From: Spongospora subterranea f. sp. subterranea
Lineage: Eukaryota
NCBI GenBank assembly: GCA_049724395.1
Contig: JAUGWO010000090.1
Location: 1-64,000, forward strand
DNA length: 64,000 nt
Direction of reading: 5' to 3'
Below are positions 24,283 through 35,193 of this stretch, piece after piece. Positions within the stretch are counted from its first letter, which is position 1; the number at the start of each line of letters is the position of its first letter. A program made the position numbers and the translations under genes. Under the pieces are notes generated by a model that ran no database searches, was not told where the DNA came from, and was given only the letters and a program-made list of their open reading frames with translations.

Positions 24283-25032
24283 ATGTCTGATCCTAATCTA
24301 TCGGCCACGAATCCAGGTCTGGCGCAGGAAAACAGACCGACACCTAGGCCGGCGACCGATTCCAGCCGCGTCAGCTTGCTTGATCTGGTCAAGGAAGGGG
24401 TACGGCAGCAGAATGCCACCAGGGTCAATCGCATGGTTATTGCTGGGGAACTGGCCACGAACAATGAGGTGCAGGCATTCGTGAATGCTAATTCAGATAT
24501 AAAAGGGAAAATTGATGGAAAGATAACGGGCATTGTGTTCGTTGTGAACAAAACCGCTTTTATAATGGTTATCGAGGGGTTATTCGATCACCTGGTTGCC
24601 TATATAAATGGATTGGCGGCGTCGAACATGTCAACACCATTTTACAGTGCTGCTAGAGTTTTGACCTCTGTTGAAGATGTAGAGCGTATGTTCCCTTTAT
24701 GGGATCTTCGTCTCAAACGTGTTCCCAAAGCAGAACAGACCGACTTTTCCTCAGAGAACATTGCTCAAGCGGCGTTCGAAACTGTGAAACTTTTTTTATT
24801 GCTGGGCCTCGCGTTGCAAGGGCTGAATAAGACTAAATGCAGTGAGTTCTTAGATTCGCAAAAGAGGGAAGTAACTGGAAGTATTCCATCATCGGAGCTC
24901 CTCTGTTTCTATGCGCACAATCACCAATTTTTTACAATCGAGGACTACCTGAACGACTTCTATAACAACCCGGTCAAGATCGACCTTCACGGTGAGCGAA
25001 TATTTCCAATGGAAGAACTTTTGGATTACTAA
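24283..25032 (+). CDS. TEX47: BLUF-fold ciliary protein, TEX47/DYBLUP(MOT7)-like, intronless
   Basis: SLLDLV...NRMVIAG...ITGIVFV...FIMVIEG...RMFPLW BLUF-like core; C-terminal FFTIEDYLNDFYNNPVKIDLHGERIFP resembles the TEX47 tail. Confidence 0.65.
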   Translation: MSDPNLSATNPGLAQENRPTPRPATDSSRVSLLDLVKEGVRQQNATRVNRMVIAGELATNNEVQAFVNANSDIKGKIDGKITGIVFVVNKTAFIMVIEGLFDHLVAYINGLAASNMSTPFYSAARVLTSVEDVERMFPLWDLRLKRVPKAEQTDFSSENIAQAAFETVKLFLLLGLALQGLNKTKCSEFLDSQKREVTGSIPSSELLCFYAHNHQFFTIEDYLNDFYNNPVKIDLHGERIFPMEELLDY

Positions 25033-25046
25033 ATACAATATTTTGG

Positions 25047-26375
25047 TTAATTTGAAGAATCTGCATCGCTAGGATGGAGCCCAGGCACGATGTGTCCAAT
25101 GGTCGGCAGAATGATATCTGGACGATAAGCGAAGCGCTTCAGATCGGAACACTTTGTTACTCCTGTTAATATGAGTGCCGTTGTGATGTTTGCTTGCATT
25201 CCTCCGAGAATATCTATGTTTCAATGAATGAACACATTCCCAGCAAACGGATGACAAATCATTATTCACCTGTATCCATGCGATCACCTATTACGATGGT
25301 GTCGGCCCGTTTCACGCCTAATTGATTTAAAGCTGTCCTCATAATCTAAAATTGCAATAAGCACATTCACCACTGAAGACTTTGATCCCCTACCATCGGA
25401 TTCGGTTTGCCGACAAAGTAAGCATCAACTTCAGCAACCATCTCAATAGGTTTGATAAGGGCCGCACAACCAGGAACGAAGGAGGCACCCATTCTGTCCT
25501 TTGTGTCACAATTTGTGCCTAGAAGGCGAGCTCCCGCCCGGACCAAGTGCACAGCATGCTCAATTTTCTCATAACTGTAATTTCTGGTCTCACCGACTAC
25601 AACCCATTCGGGATTGTGATCGTTCATTGTAAAACCTTCATCGTATAGAGCTAGGAAAGTATCAGGACAACCAATTAGATGCGGATTGGACGGTTACCAG
25701 ATATCAGTCCTGGTTCACCAATTACGTAAGCGGAACCGCCCCGAGGCGATGACTTTTTCATGAAGCTGGCAGTGGCAAGGGCTGACGTGTAGAAATGGGT
25801 CTCCTCAACCTGTTAACCGATGAAAACACGTCTTAGCACTGAATGTGGCTCACTTACGTTTATACCCATACGAAAAAGTTTTTCTTGGAGTTCTTTTGGA
25901 GATCGTTCACTTGCGTTCGTCAAGAATAAAAACTTCTTATTGCTCCGTTGAAGATAGTCAACGAACTCAGAGGCCCCAGCAAGCAAAGATTTTCCGTGAT
26001 CTTATTGGAGAAAAACTATGGCATTAGCAGCGAATCGAACGGGAGAAATCCACCTACAAAGGACTCCGTCCACTATTTCAAACAGTCACGATCGCAGTCG
26101 TCGACGATAACATGGTAAATGTTGGAAAACACTTACTGTCAATGATGAAGCCAGATTTATTCCGAATGTCCTCTATCCTCTGTATAAATTATATCCATTA
26201 CTAATGGAGATATCGCTCAAATTCGTGTCATACTTTCCCGCTCAAGATGAGCAGGTAGTATGTGTGGAGCACATACCACAGTGGAGGATTTAGACACAGC
26301 GGCTATACACTCAATCTCGGCCGACGACATGGTCTGGACCGATCTGACCACACGACGTTGAATATTGACGAACAT
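25047..26375 (-). CDS. nagD: HAD-superfamily IIA hydrolase, NagD-like (multi-exon; start uncertain, 26375 or 26330)
   Basis: Spliced GFIIDMDGVL; FLFLTNASERSP; DHNPEWVVVGETRNY; FVGKPNP; VIGDRMDTDILGG; TAA 25047-25049. Confidence 0.88.
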
Positions 26376-26401
26376 GATGCGGTCTTGCGTGTATTTGATG
26401 G

Positions 26402-26735
26402 AATGACTGAACCAAAAAATCTGATCCGGTTAACCTGTGAAACGGGTACCGTACACGTACTCTGTCAGCGACTTGTACATGTTTGTGTCAGCGATTTGTA
26501 CAGTTCACTGTACCTGGTAATGACTGAGCCAACAGATGTGAAACGGGAACAGACGGGAACCTTACACGTGCTCTGTCAGCGACTTGTACAGTTTGTGTCA
26601 GCGATTTATACAGTTGACTGTACAGGGTAATGACTTAGCCAACAGATGTGAAACGGGAACAGACGGGAACCTTACACGTGCTCTGTCAGCGACTTGTACA
26701 GTTTGTGTCAGCGATTTATACAGTTTACTGTACAG
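26402..26735. repeat. ~110-bp tandem repeat, ~3 copies, with internal tgtcagcga subrepeat
   Basis: aacagatgtgaaacggg at 26531 and 26641; diverged first copy from ~26402. Confidence 0.9.
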
Positions 26736-27340
26736 GAGATGACGGGATTGGATGAAGTGTCTGTGATCCGCCATGTCGAGCGTGCACAGGGTGAGAGGGT
26801 GGTGTTTGGCCAAAACCGCTGGGGATGCACTGACATTACCAACGACTTGGCCATTCATTGCTCAACGCCATCACTGATTAAATGTAATATTAATGGATGT
26901 CTGCCATCATAGTGCACATTCTCTTTGTGCTCCCTGTGTCGGCACTTCAAATCCATCATTTTTTTTGTTCTCAATATGCAGATAAAATCTCTCATTTCCT
27001 CAAAATACCAACAACAATTTGTAATTGCCATAGGGACTCACATTTAATTTCAAGGCTAATGATTCAGATGTTTGTGACTTGACTACTGCACAACTCTATA
27101 GATAGCCTCGGAAGGCCATTTCTATACTAAACGTCGCAAAACTACAAAGCTTTGTTTGCAAAAAGCAAAATCCTGTTGAATATGCTTGCTTACTCCTCTG
27201 ATAATTGCGGCGTCGATCAAATTGAAAACCACGATCGGGACGAAGACTGTATTGATAAGTTGTCTATTCCCAGAGACCTGTCCGTGGCGGACTCCGATTT
27301 GCCATTGTTCGCCCTCCTTCGTAAGCGGCGTCAAGCGATC

Positions 27341-27757
27341 ATGAAGCTCGTCCGGTACGTGGTTGATATGGCATTCGCTCCGGCGATGATCTAATCTGGG
27401 TTCGCCCTCGACAGGTTTCTCATGAAGCTGATCAATGAGACCGTGACGATCGAGCTGAAAAACGGGACCGTTGTTCACGGCACAGTCGTCGGCGTTGATA
27501 TCGCCATGAACACCCACCTGAAGACGGTCAAGATGACGGTAAAGGATCGTAATCCGGTCCAGCTCGATAACCTCAGTATTCGGGGGAACAATATCCGCCA
27601 ATACATTCTGCCAGACGCGCTGAACCTCGACGCGCTGCTGGTCGACGACACGCCCAAGAGAGGCGCGCCGAAAGAACGCGCCGGTCGAGGACGGGGCCGA
27701 GGACGTGGTCGTGGCGTTGGCCGAGGAAGAGGTCGTGGAGGCCCACCGCGACGGTAA
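27341..27757 (+). CDS. SNRPD1: Small nuclear ribonucleoprotein Sm D1 (intron 27355-27414)
   Basis: [23 protein letters not shown]...[17 protein letters not shown]-repeat tail. Confidence 0.97.
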
Positions 27758-28011
27758 TTGTGTTGTACTCATATCCGGGTTCCATGATAGTTCACACCGT
27801 AATACATTATGGAACAAACATTCACGTTCGTTCGATCCAAATGCGGTTGTCGACATTGCCGTCGGTTCAGTAGTCTTTTTAACCATTTTTGATCACTCGA
27901 TCAGTGTCAGTACCTTTTTGCATTATAGCAAGGGTATCGGCGACCCCGTTCCATTGTTTCGCGTTTTCGTGGGTTTTGAAGGACGCCGACCTGGGGGCGC
28001 GGACGGGCCCA

Positions 28012-29535
28012 ATGACGCCCAGTAATTCTGGCGGGTTCAGCGCCAGGTCGCACAGGCGACTGTTGAGTTCAGCGACAGCGGCCGAACCGCTCAAAGAATC
28101 CTATGTGTATGAGCCAGGATTGTGGGCGAATCGATTGTTTCATGTTCTGGGAACCTATCTCCTGATTCCCGCTGGAAACGGGGGGGGCGTTCAACCACTG
28201 TTTGAGGGTGCTCCTGAACCTGGGCCTGGCGTTTTTGACAATATCTCAGGCTGTCGAAGCGGCGCGTCCAGATACCCTCTATTTCACGTACTGTCTACAA
28301 TATTTCTTGCTTTTGACGTATTTCTTCGGAATCAATAGGTGATTGCTGTTGGAGCAACAGATCGCCATGGCCTTATATCGTTCAGTATATTCCTGTTGAA
28401 ATCAGGGCGCAGCAACAACGTCGTCAAGCAGATGTTCTCGGTTTGTGTCCTGTCGAAAACCCAGAACGATATCGTCGAGTCGCTGATTGCAAAGGTGCTG
28501 ATGTTGGTGGCGGCTGCTTGCATATGGAACGGCGCCCTCACGTTCATCGTGATATTCGGCCCAATTCCAACGGTTCAAGAAATGACCATCGGTTGAATCC
28601 CCATCATCATCGTTGAGTTTGCACCGACGTTGATTGTCGTTGAAAACAGGCCTGAATCGACTGTATTCGGATTATCCTGTTCGAATAATCGCAACTGTTG
28701 TGGTCGCCATCTCACGTAAATTCAACCTGGCTCTTTTGCACAGCAACTGACGCGTCTGATGCGAACAGAGGGCGCCATGTTTTTCCCGATGTTGGTGTTC
28801 GTTGCGGTCAACAGGGTGATCGTATATCGGTTCAACACCCTACGGGTGGGTACCTATGGTCAACGAACACGAATTCGGCTCGAAATCCTGATCTGCGATG
28901 ACCACAGGACAATATCGTGAAGTTTGAATATCGGGACGAGATTAGCGGTTTGCAGGAACTGGAATCACTGGGCGACGTGTTCGTGGGAATCAGCAAGTCC
29001 ATGGCGCAACTGAACGCGCTCATGTCGTCTATGTATGCGATATTGTTCATCGTCCAAACCTTCACTGTAATCGTTTGCGATCGCGGATCGTCGCCGATCT
29101 GAACTTGGCGCCCGTTTGTTCGGCAGGTGCTCTTCATCATACAGCAGATGATGTTTACCCAGTTCACCAGCTTGATGCGAGCCATGCTGGGCTTCCTCAG
29201 CCTGCTCATCATTCTGCAGCTAGGTTGCGTGGCGATCTCGTCCGCGCACGTGAACGAGAAGAACGACAGCATCCATCGCGCCGCCGCCGGCATCAATTGC
29301 CAAGCATTCGCATCGGAAGTTCGCATGCGACTCTACCTGTTTCAGCACAAGCTCGCCGACAATTGCGAGCAAATACGAATCTATGATTGGGTTCCCATAA
29401 CGTGGGAGACGTTGGCCATGGTCGGCATTGTTCGTGCAAGTTCATCCCCATTGAATTCTGAACGGTTTTCAGGCGTTGGAAATATTCACGACCGCTTTCG
29501 TATTCATGTACTCTGTGTCACAATATGAACAATAA
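28012..29535 (+). CDS. 7-TM protein with gustatory-receptor-like (GRL/7TMIC) architecture, 7 exons, ~396 aa if one G of the G8 run at 28180-28187 is removed
   Basis: Exons 28012-28338, 28386-28591, 28650-28715, 28769-28845, 28908-29066, 29127-29420 and 29473-29535; seven hydrophobic helices; C-terminal RLYLFQHKL...IRIYDWVPITWETLAM|ALEIFTTAFVFMY. Confidence 0.68.
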
Positions 29536-30832
29536 TACAGCCCCTCTGTTTCGGCTATCAAGGGGACCAATCACAACACCTTTTTCCGGGTAAGTCATGA
29601 CAGTTTTGATGGGGATCGACGCCTGTCTAAAACGCCATCTCGAAGCATCACTGGATGGGTCAGGCAGCCCTTGGGGTAGATGTGAGCGAAACGCCCCATG
29701 TTCACTGATAATCCAGTTCGAAATCATACGGGGGGAGGGAGCGTCGAATCCTGAGATTGGATCAGTTTTGCGGAGGAGTAGAAAAACCTTTGATGAAATT
29801 GGAAATTCGACAGGGGTTGATCTACGTAATCAAAGCTCCAATACCTTTTGCAAGACGGGGGACTTTATTTCAACAGTCGGTATCTTGAACATCAGGAGAG
29901 CTACACTGTATTGGCCAAAACGGCAACAAAACCCAACGAGAGATTCCGTATCGGAAAAACAAATAGTAACTGTTTACACAAGGAAACGATTGTCGCTCGA
30001 TGTCGAGAAGACGACTTATCTGTCTTTGTTGAAGTAAACTTATGAATGGCAACAAAATCAACGTAGACTGGGGTCTGATTTTTTTGACCTTTTAACTGTT
30101 TCCATAAAATAACGAGAATGATTTCTGATAATCACATGAGAAACCGGTCCCTTATGAGATTCCAATAAAGTATCGAGGCGAATTCAAATAGTGAAACGAG
30201 GTCTTTCGCAAGATAGATATTGGACAATAAAGCAATGGACGTACGTAGGGCCACGAAGGGTATTTGCTACTGATTGTGAGAAGCGTTCAGCTTCTCCCTT
30301 TTATCCTATAGGCGAATCGATCACCAATTTCTCGCATCATCCGCAACAGAGCAAGAAATTCTGAAGACAGGTAGGATTGACTTGATGTATTTTACTTCGG
30401 CAGAAACAATATCGATCGAGATTTATTTAAAAACGCGATCGTCTTTATCAAAAATCAAATCGCACAACAAATCGCTAGCGGATTCTTCAGATATGCAGAC
30501 ACGACCCACCCGTGTCGCCATCGTCAAGCAAAATCCCACAAGCACTTGTCAATGTATCAAAAAAATCAGCTGTCTCAGTTTTGTCCGTTGATTTGTCGCC
30601 ATGGTGTTACTGTGTGTGCTGTGGGCTGATTCTATGGGTACACCGCCAGAGTCATGTGCCGTCTGTACGCGTACACTGTACGCATGAAGATGCCAGCGCC
30701 TGGGCGCAGCCCCGGAGCGTGTGGGAATAATTTCAAATGATGGCACGGTGAAGTGTATACGAGATATTGCTGTGGCGATCTCGCACTTAATCATTATTAC
30801 AATCGGTTTGCAGATTCAGATAATCTTTGGTG

Positions 30833-31770
30833 ATGGCTTCGGCAGCGGCGGCTTCACTTCTTCAGGAACAGGGTGGGTTCAATTTCGATTTATGTGGCAG
30901 GTAGACAGCGGTGTGTGGCTGCTGCAGTTTTTTGGGCCTGATTTGTCGTGATAGAAATTTGATGCTGGCCGCTGATGCGGATTCGAAAGGAATCGCCCTT
31001 CCCAAGGCTAAAAAGACGGGAACGACCATCGTTGGTGTTTGCTTCAAGAACGGTGTTGTATTAGGTGCAGACACACGTGCCACAGAAGGTACAATCCTTA
31101 ATCTCTAGTTATCATTTTATTTATTCACAGGTTAGGACCTATTGTTTGCGATAAAAACTGCAAAAAAATTCATTTTATTGCCGATAATATGTTCTGCTGT
31201 GGAGCGGGCACCGCTGCAGATACAGAGAATGTCACCAACCTAATCTCGGCCCAGTTAGAACTTCACCGCCTTAACACTGGCAGGCAAGTTCGCGTTGTCA
31301 CTGCTCTAACTCGGCTCAAACAGCATCTCTTCCGGTATCAAGGGCATGTTAGTGCCGCGCTTGTTCTAGGCGGTGTCGACTGTACAGGCAGCTATCTCTA
31401 CACCGTCTACCCGCATGGAAGTACAGACAAGTTGCCATATGTGACGATGGGGTCCGGTTCGCTTGCTGCCATGGCGATGTTCGAAACTGGCTATAAAGAC
31501 GATATGACGGAGGAAGAGGCGGTTGCTTTAGTGGAGTCAGCCATATCAAGTGGAATTTTCAACGATTTGGGATCAGGATCCAACGTTGACATCCTAGTTT
31601 TAACCCGAGACGGAGGAAAGAACCTCCGCAACTACAAGACACCGAACGAACGAATTTTCGAACGACGAGATTACCGGTTCCCCAAAGGTTCGACCGAGTA
31701 TCTCTCTGAAGTCAAGGACACTTTCAAGAATATGATCGTCGTCGAAGACGTAGCCATGACCGACGCTTGA
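30833..31770 (+). CDS. PSMB7: 20S proteasome subunit beta2 (3 exons)
   Basis: [11 protein letters not shown] propeptide; KTG/TTIVGV catalytic Thr; [42 protein letters not shown]. Confidence 0.97.
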
Positions 31771-31921
31771 GTGTTGATTAAATTCTTCCAGGATCATTCT
31801 CAACACGCAATGGCGTAGGAATTGATTTTGAGACGTCGCTTTTATATATTGTCTATGATTGGCCAAACAATTTTTGCCAAGTTATATCTTGCTAGTTATA
31901 TACAGGGATCCTCACAATATT

Positions 31922-32854
31922 TCAGGTTCGCCTCTTCTTTCCGCTTTCATCCATAAACGGGTGGATGTCCATGGCGATCGTGGCCGGTTTCATGATCAGT
32001 TTGGGCGAAAGCCTCTTTTTGTGTTTGCTGATCGTGTGCTTTGACGCTCTCCCAGTATTCGCCGGCCCAACCGACGATGTGTCGATCACCGCTGACCGAA
32101 GGTCGTCGACAATCTTGACGATTCGCATGACAATATCTTTGGCGATATTCCATCGCTCGGGGTTGAACAAGGCTCGAACGGCTCGTACTTCGACGTCATT
32201 GGCGTCGGGCGACGCCGCCAACCAATTGCCATAGCCCTTATCCAGATCTTCGACTCTACAGACGTGATCGTAAGCGGTGGCGACAGCAATCATCTGCGAG
32301 ACCGATAACGAGTTCACAATGTAATCTTGATGGGTCTTATCCTGCGAGGAGTTCGACGCCGCCACGTCGAACCTGGACGCGTCTTTACTATCGGGATCGC
32401 TGGACACCAGCATCGCCTTGACAACCGCTCTATGCGAATGAGGGGATCGGTTGAACGCCTCAGCGCGAGGTGCGACAGGTATTTGGCTGTGTGAGTGAAT
32501 TTGTGACATTTGCTGAGACGATGCCTGCATTGGGTTTTTGTGATCGATCGATGCGAAATTCGGGTCCGGCAACGTCTCGAACTGAATCGAGGGAGGGGAC
32601 AGCTGTAGAAATTCGAGGTGCCGTTTCGACGCGACGTCCAATGGGTTCTGTACCACCGGGACAGCCGATTCGGCGTAGACCATCGCGTCCCAATCGGTCG
32701 CGTACAGATCAGGAGTCGGGCTCGTCAGCTCGTCCAGATCCAGATCGAATTCCGATCCCAGCATGGGCAGCGACATCGAGCTGAATTCCCCTAGCGTGTT
32801 GCTGAAACAGATATCCTCGAACGACGACGCCGAACCTGTTTCATTGTGAAACAT
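31922..32854 (-). CDS. Intronless hypothetical protein (~310 aa) with acidic N-terminus and basic C-terminal NLS-like motifs
   Basis: Long ORF (340 codons from GTG 32944; first ATG 32854); no recognised domain; KHKKRLSPK and KKRRT at C-terminus. Confidence 0.6.
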   Translation of the reverse strand: MFHNETGSASSFEDICFSNTLGEFSSMSLPMLGSEFDLDLDELTSPTPDLYATDWDAMVYAESAVPVVQNPLDVASKRHLEFLQLSPPSIQFETLPDPNFASIDHKNPMQASSQQMSQIHSHSQIPVAPRAEAFNRSPHSHRAVVKAMLVSSDPDSKDASRFDVAASNSSQDKTHQDYIVNSLSVSQMIAVATAYDHVCRVEDLDKGYGNWLAASPDANDVEVRAVRALFNPERWNIAKDIVMRIVKIVDDLRSAVIDTSSVGPANTGRASKHTISKHKKRLSPKLIMKPATIAMDIHPFMDESGKKRRT

Positions 32855-33188
32855 GGGGGAGGGGGTGGATTGCCTCAGGGGCCAGAATGTGAAATGTCCT
32901 GCACAGAGCAATATGAAACCGCTACAGCATCGCCAAGATGACACATGGCCCAGGCACGCGCCCTCTATTTGAAGTCAACACCTGGAAGTCAGTTCAACCA
33001 GGGTTCTGTATTGCCGACCGCATCTGGTCGTACTGCATAACAGGCCACAGCCGATTAGAATCGTCGTGATTATAGGGGGCGGTTGCGCCCCCCCGTAGCG
33101 CCATGACCATGTCCGATCTCTTCGAACCTGGCAAACCCGCTCAGTTGGGATTCATATACATATCGGGTCTCGGTCGTTCAGCTCCGCC

Positions 33189-34255
33189 ATGATCCCCAGG
33201 CTGTTCGAAGCGGCCAGCTTGATCCTCATGACCCCGATACCCAAACCGGTTCGGTCGGGCCACAGCTATCGCATCATATTCGTACGTCGACCGGCAACAG
33301 CACAGGCATTCGCAGACCGAATGGTATTCCCAGGCGGAACGGTATGCCCAGAGTCGTTTTCATCACTGATGTTGGAAAAAATGAATCCGATTTTAATTCA
33401 GGTTGACAGTAGTGATAATCAGGTGATCATTCGGCCCGATAAAAACGACGATATTAGGTACGATTCGCTGCCGGCCCAAACCAATTCGTCATTCCGAAAC
33501 CAACCAACCAGATTCCGGGTCTGCGCTGTTCGGGAATTATTCGAGGAGACGGGAATCGCATTAGCTGAAGGGATGAAGACCATACCGCCGTCAGACCTAC
33601 ACGCATGGCGAAAGGACGTCCTGAATGACGCATCGTCGTTCACGAGACTGATGTCGAAATATAATTTCGAACCAGCGGTCGCCAGCCTCGCTCCGTACTC
33701 AAACTGGATAACTCCAGCTGCTGCTCAGCATCGTTTTAATACCTGGTCCAACGCTACCCGGTTTTTTCGACACATTGAGTCGTTTTTGATTCACGGTTGG
33801 TCTATAGGTTCTTCATCACGAGCCAGGAAGAATGTGATGAGGGGACAATATTCTCCGAAGACGCTGAGATTGTGGATCTGAAATGGTGGACACCGGATGA
33901 AGCAATCAAGGCATATAGGAGAGGTTCTATTCAATTGGCGCCCCCTCAGCTATATATATTGCAGCAACTATCAACCTTGCGAACAATCGATGAGGTTTGG
34001 TCAAACCTGCCCAGGATTAAATCGTCAGCGCCGATGTTTCCGATCATTCGCAGAAAGGTACGAGAACTTGGCACGTGTTATTATGCGTTTGCGAGCGATT
34101 GATGCTGACAATGAGTCTAGAGTGATTCAACGACTGAATTCCTGCTGCCTGGTGATAAAGATTACGAAACCGAAACAAAGGCAGGGAAGGAGGTTTTGCA
34201 TCGGGTCGTCGTAGATAAGGATCCCAAACTTACAACAGTATATATTCCGGAATAG
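33189..34255 (+). CDS. NUDT19: Nudix hydrolase, NUDT19-like (multi-exon)
   Basis: AASLIL...RRPATAQAFADRMVFPGG; RVCAVRELFEETGI; SNWITP...RFNT; IQLAPPQLY; LLPGDKDY...LHRV. Confidence 0.85.
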
Positions 34256-34584
34256 CCTGCACTAATGGTTGAAGACGCATTTCGTCGTGGGTGATCTACA
34301 TGTCTTTCTGTAGATTAGTAGCAAATGAATATGGACTTTTGACTCGTGCGACGGCTTTCAATGAGCACGAAATCACACACATGTCCTAAACACATAAACT
34401 GTTGCTGGGCAAGGTGTAGCAATAGCATATCATCGTGCAGAGCGTAATAGCTGAAAGTGAAACCGGAAGCGGTACGTCGTGGAAAATATCACTGTTTTCG
34501 CAAACAATAGGTCCAGACCACTGAACGTGAAACAAAACTGAGTGTCATTAACATCATGGAACACTCTTAATCAACAAGACTAGT

Positions 34585-35193
34585 TTATACAAATCCGCCA
34601 GAAAACGAGTCTGACTTGTAATATTGCCACCTAGTACATTTAACAGGATTAGATTGCTGAACGTGATGGAAAACGAATTCGGCTCATACCCGAAATATCC
34701 AAAAACACCACCCATTGCGGAAAGACTACCGAATAAACCGAGCCAAAATTGTCGGGCAACAATCGCTCCCAGATGGTAATTCAGGAAGATAACGGCGAAA
34801 AAGCTGACGCCGAGGAACCCAGTAAAAAACTGGCCCATATTTAGCCAAGCATCACTACCATGCACTATTGTCAGAACAGATTTGAGACTTGACGGAAACA
34901 AAAATTACTTCTCTGCGTATCCTTGAGAATCAGCTAAACAGAACAGGAAGGGGATCGCCATTAGCATTAAGGGAACTATGTGAGAGTAAAGCTACGAAAT
35001 GACATCGGGCGTGGCGAAAAACTTACTCAAAGCTAAGAAATTCCACCACGTGTGGTCAAGAATTGCCGAGAGGAAATAAAAGACCAGACTCAGCGACAAC
35101 CCGGCGCCGGCAATAACGACCTCTACAATACGGGCAGGCCTCTCAGCAAACCCATGACACAATGGCAGGCCGTGCAAAACCTGTAAGGCCCAT
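34585..35193 (-). CDS. VPS55: Vps55/LEPROT family 4-TM protein (multi-exon)
   Basis: Spliced MGLTEVVIAGAGLSLSLVFYFLSAILDHTWWNFL; WLNMGQFFTGFLGVSFFAVIFLNYHLGAI. Confidence 0.65.

Noticed and set aside
27122..27886. 254-aa minus-strand ORF
   Set aside because: Antisense shadow of the GC-rich SmD1 gene.
21581..29535. Sensory cluster (cytochrome-like surface protein, BLUF-fold protein, GRL)
   Set aside because: Interleaved with CMSS1, NagD and SmD1; no evidence of co-regulation.
29550..30800. Possible multi-exon gene
   Set aside because: Could not build a stop-free spliced model or recognise a motif.
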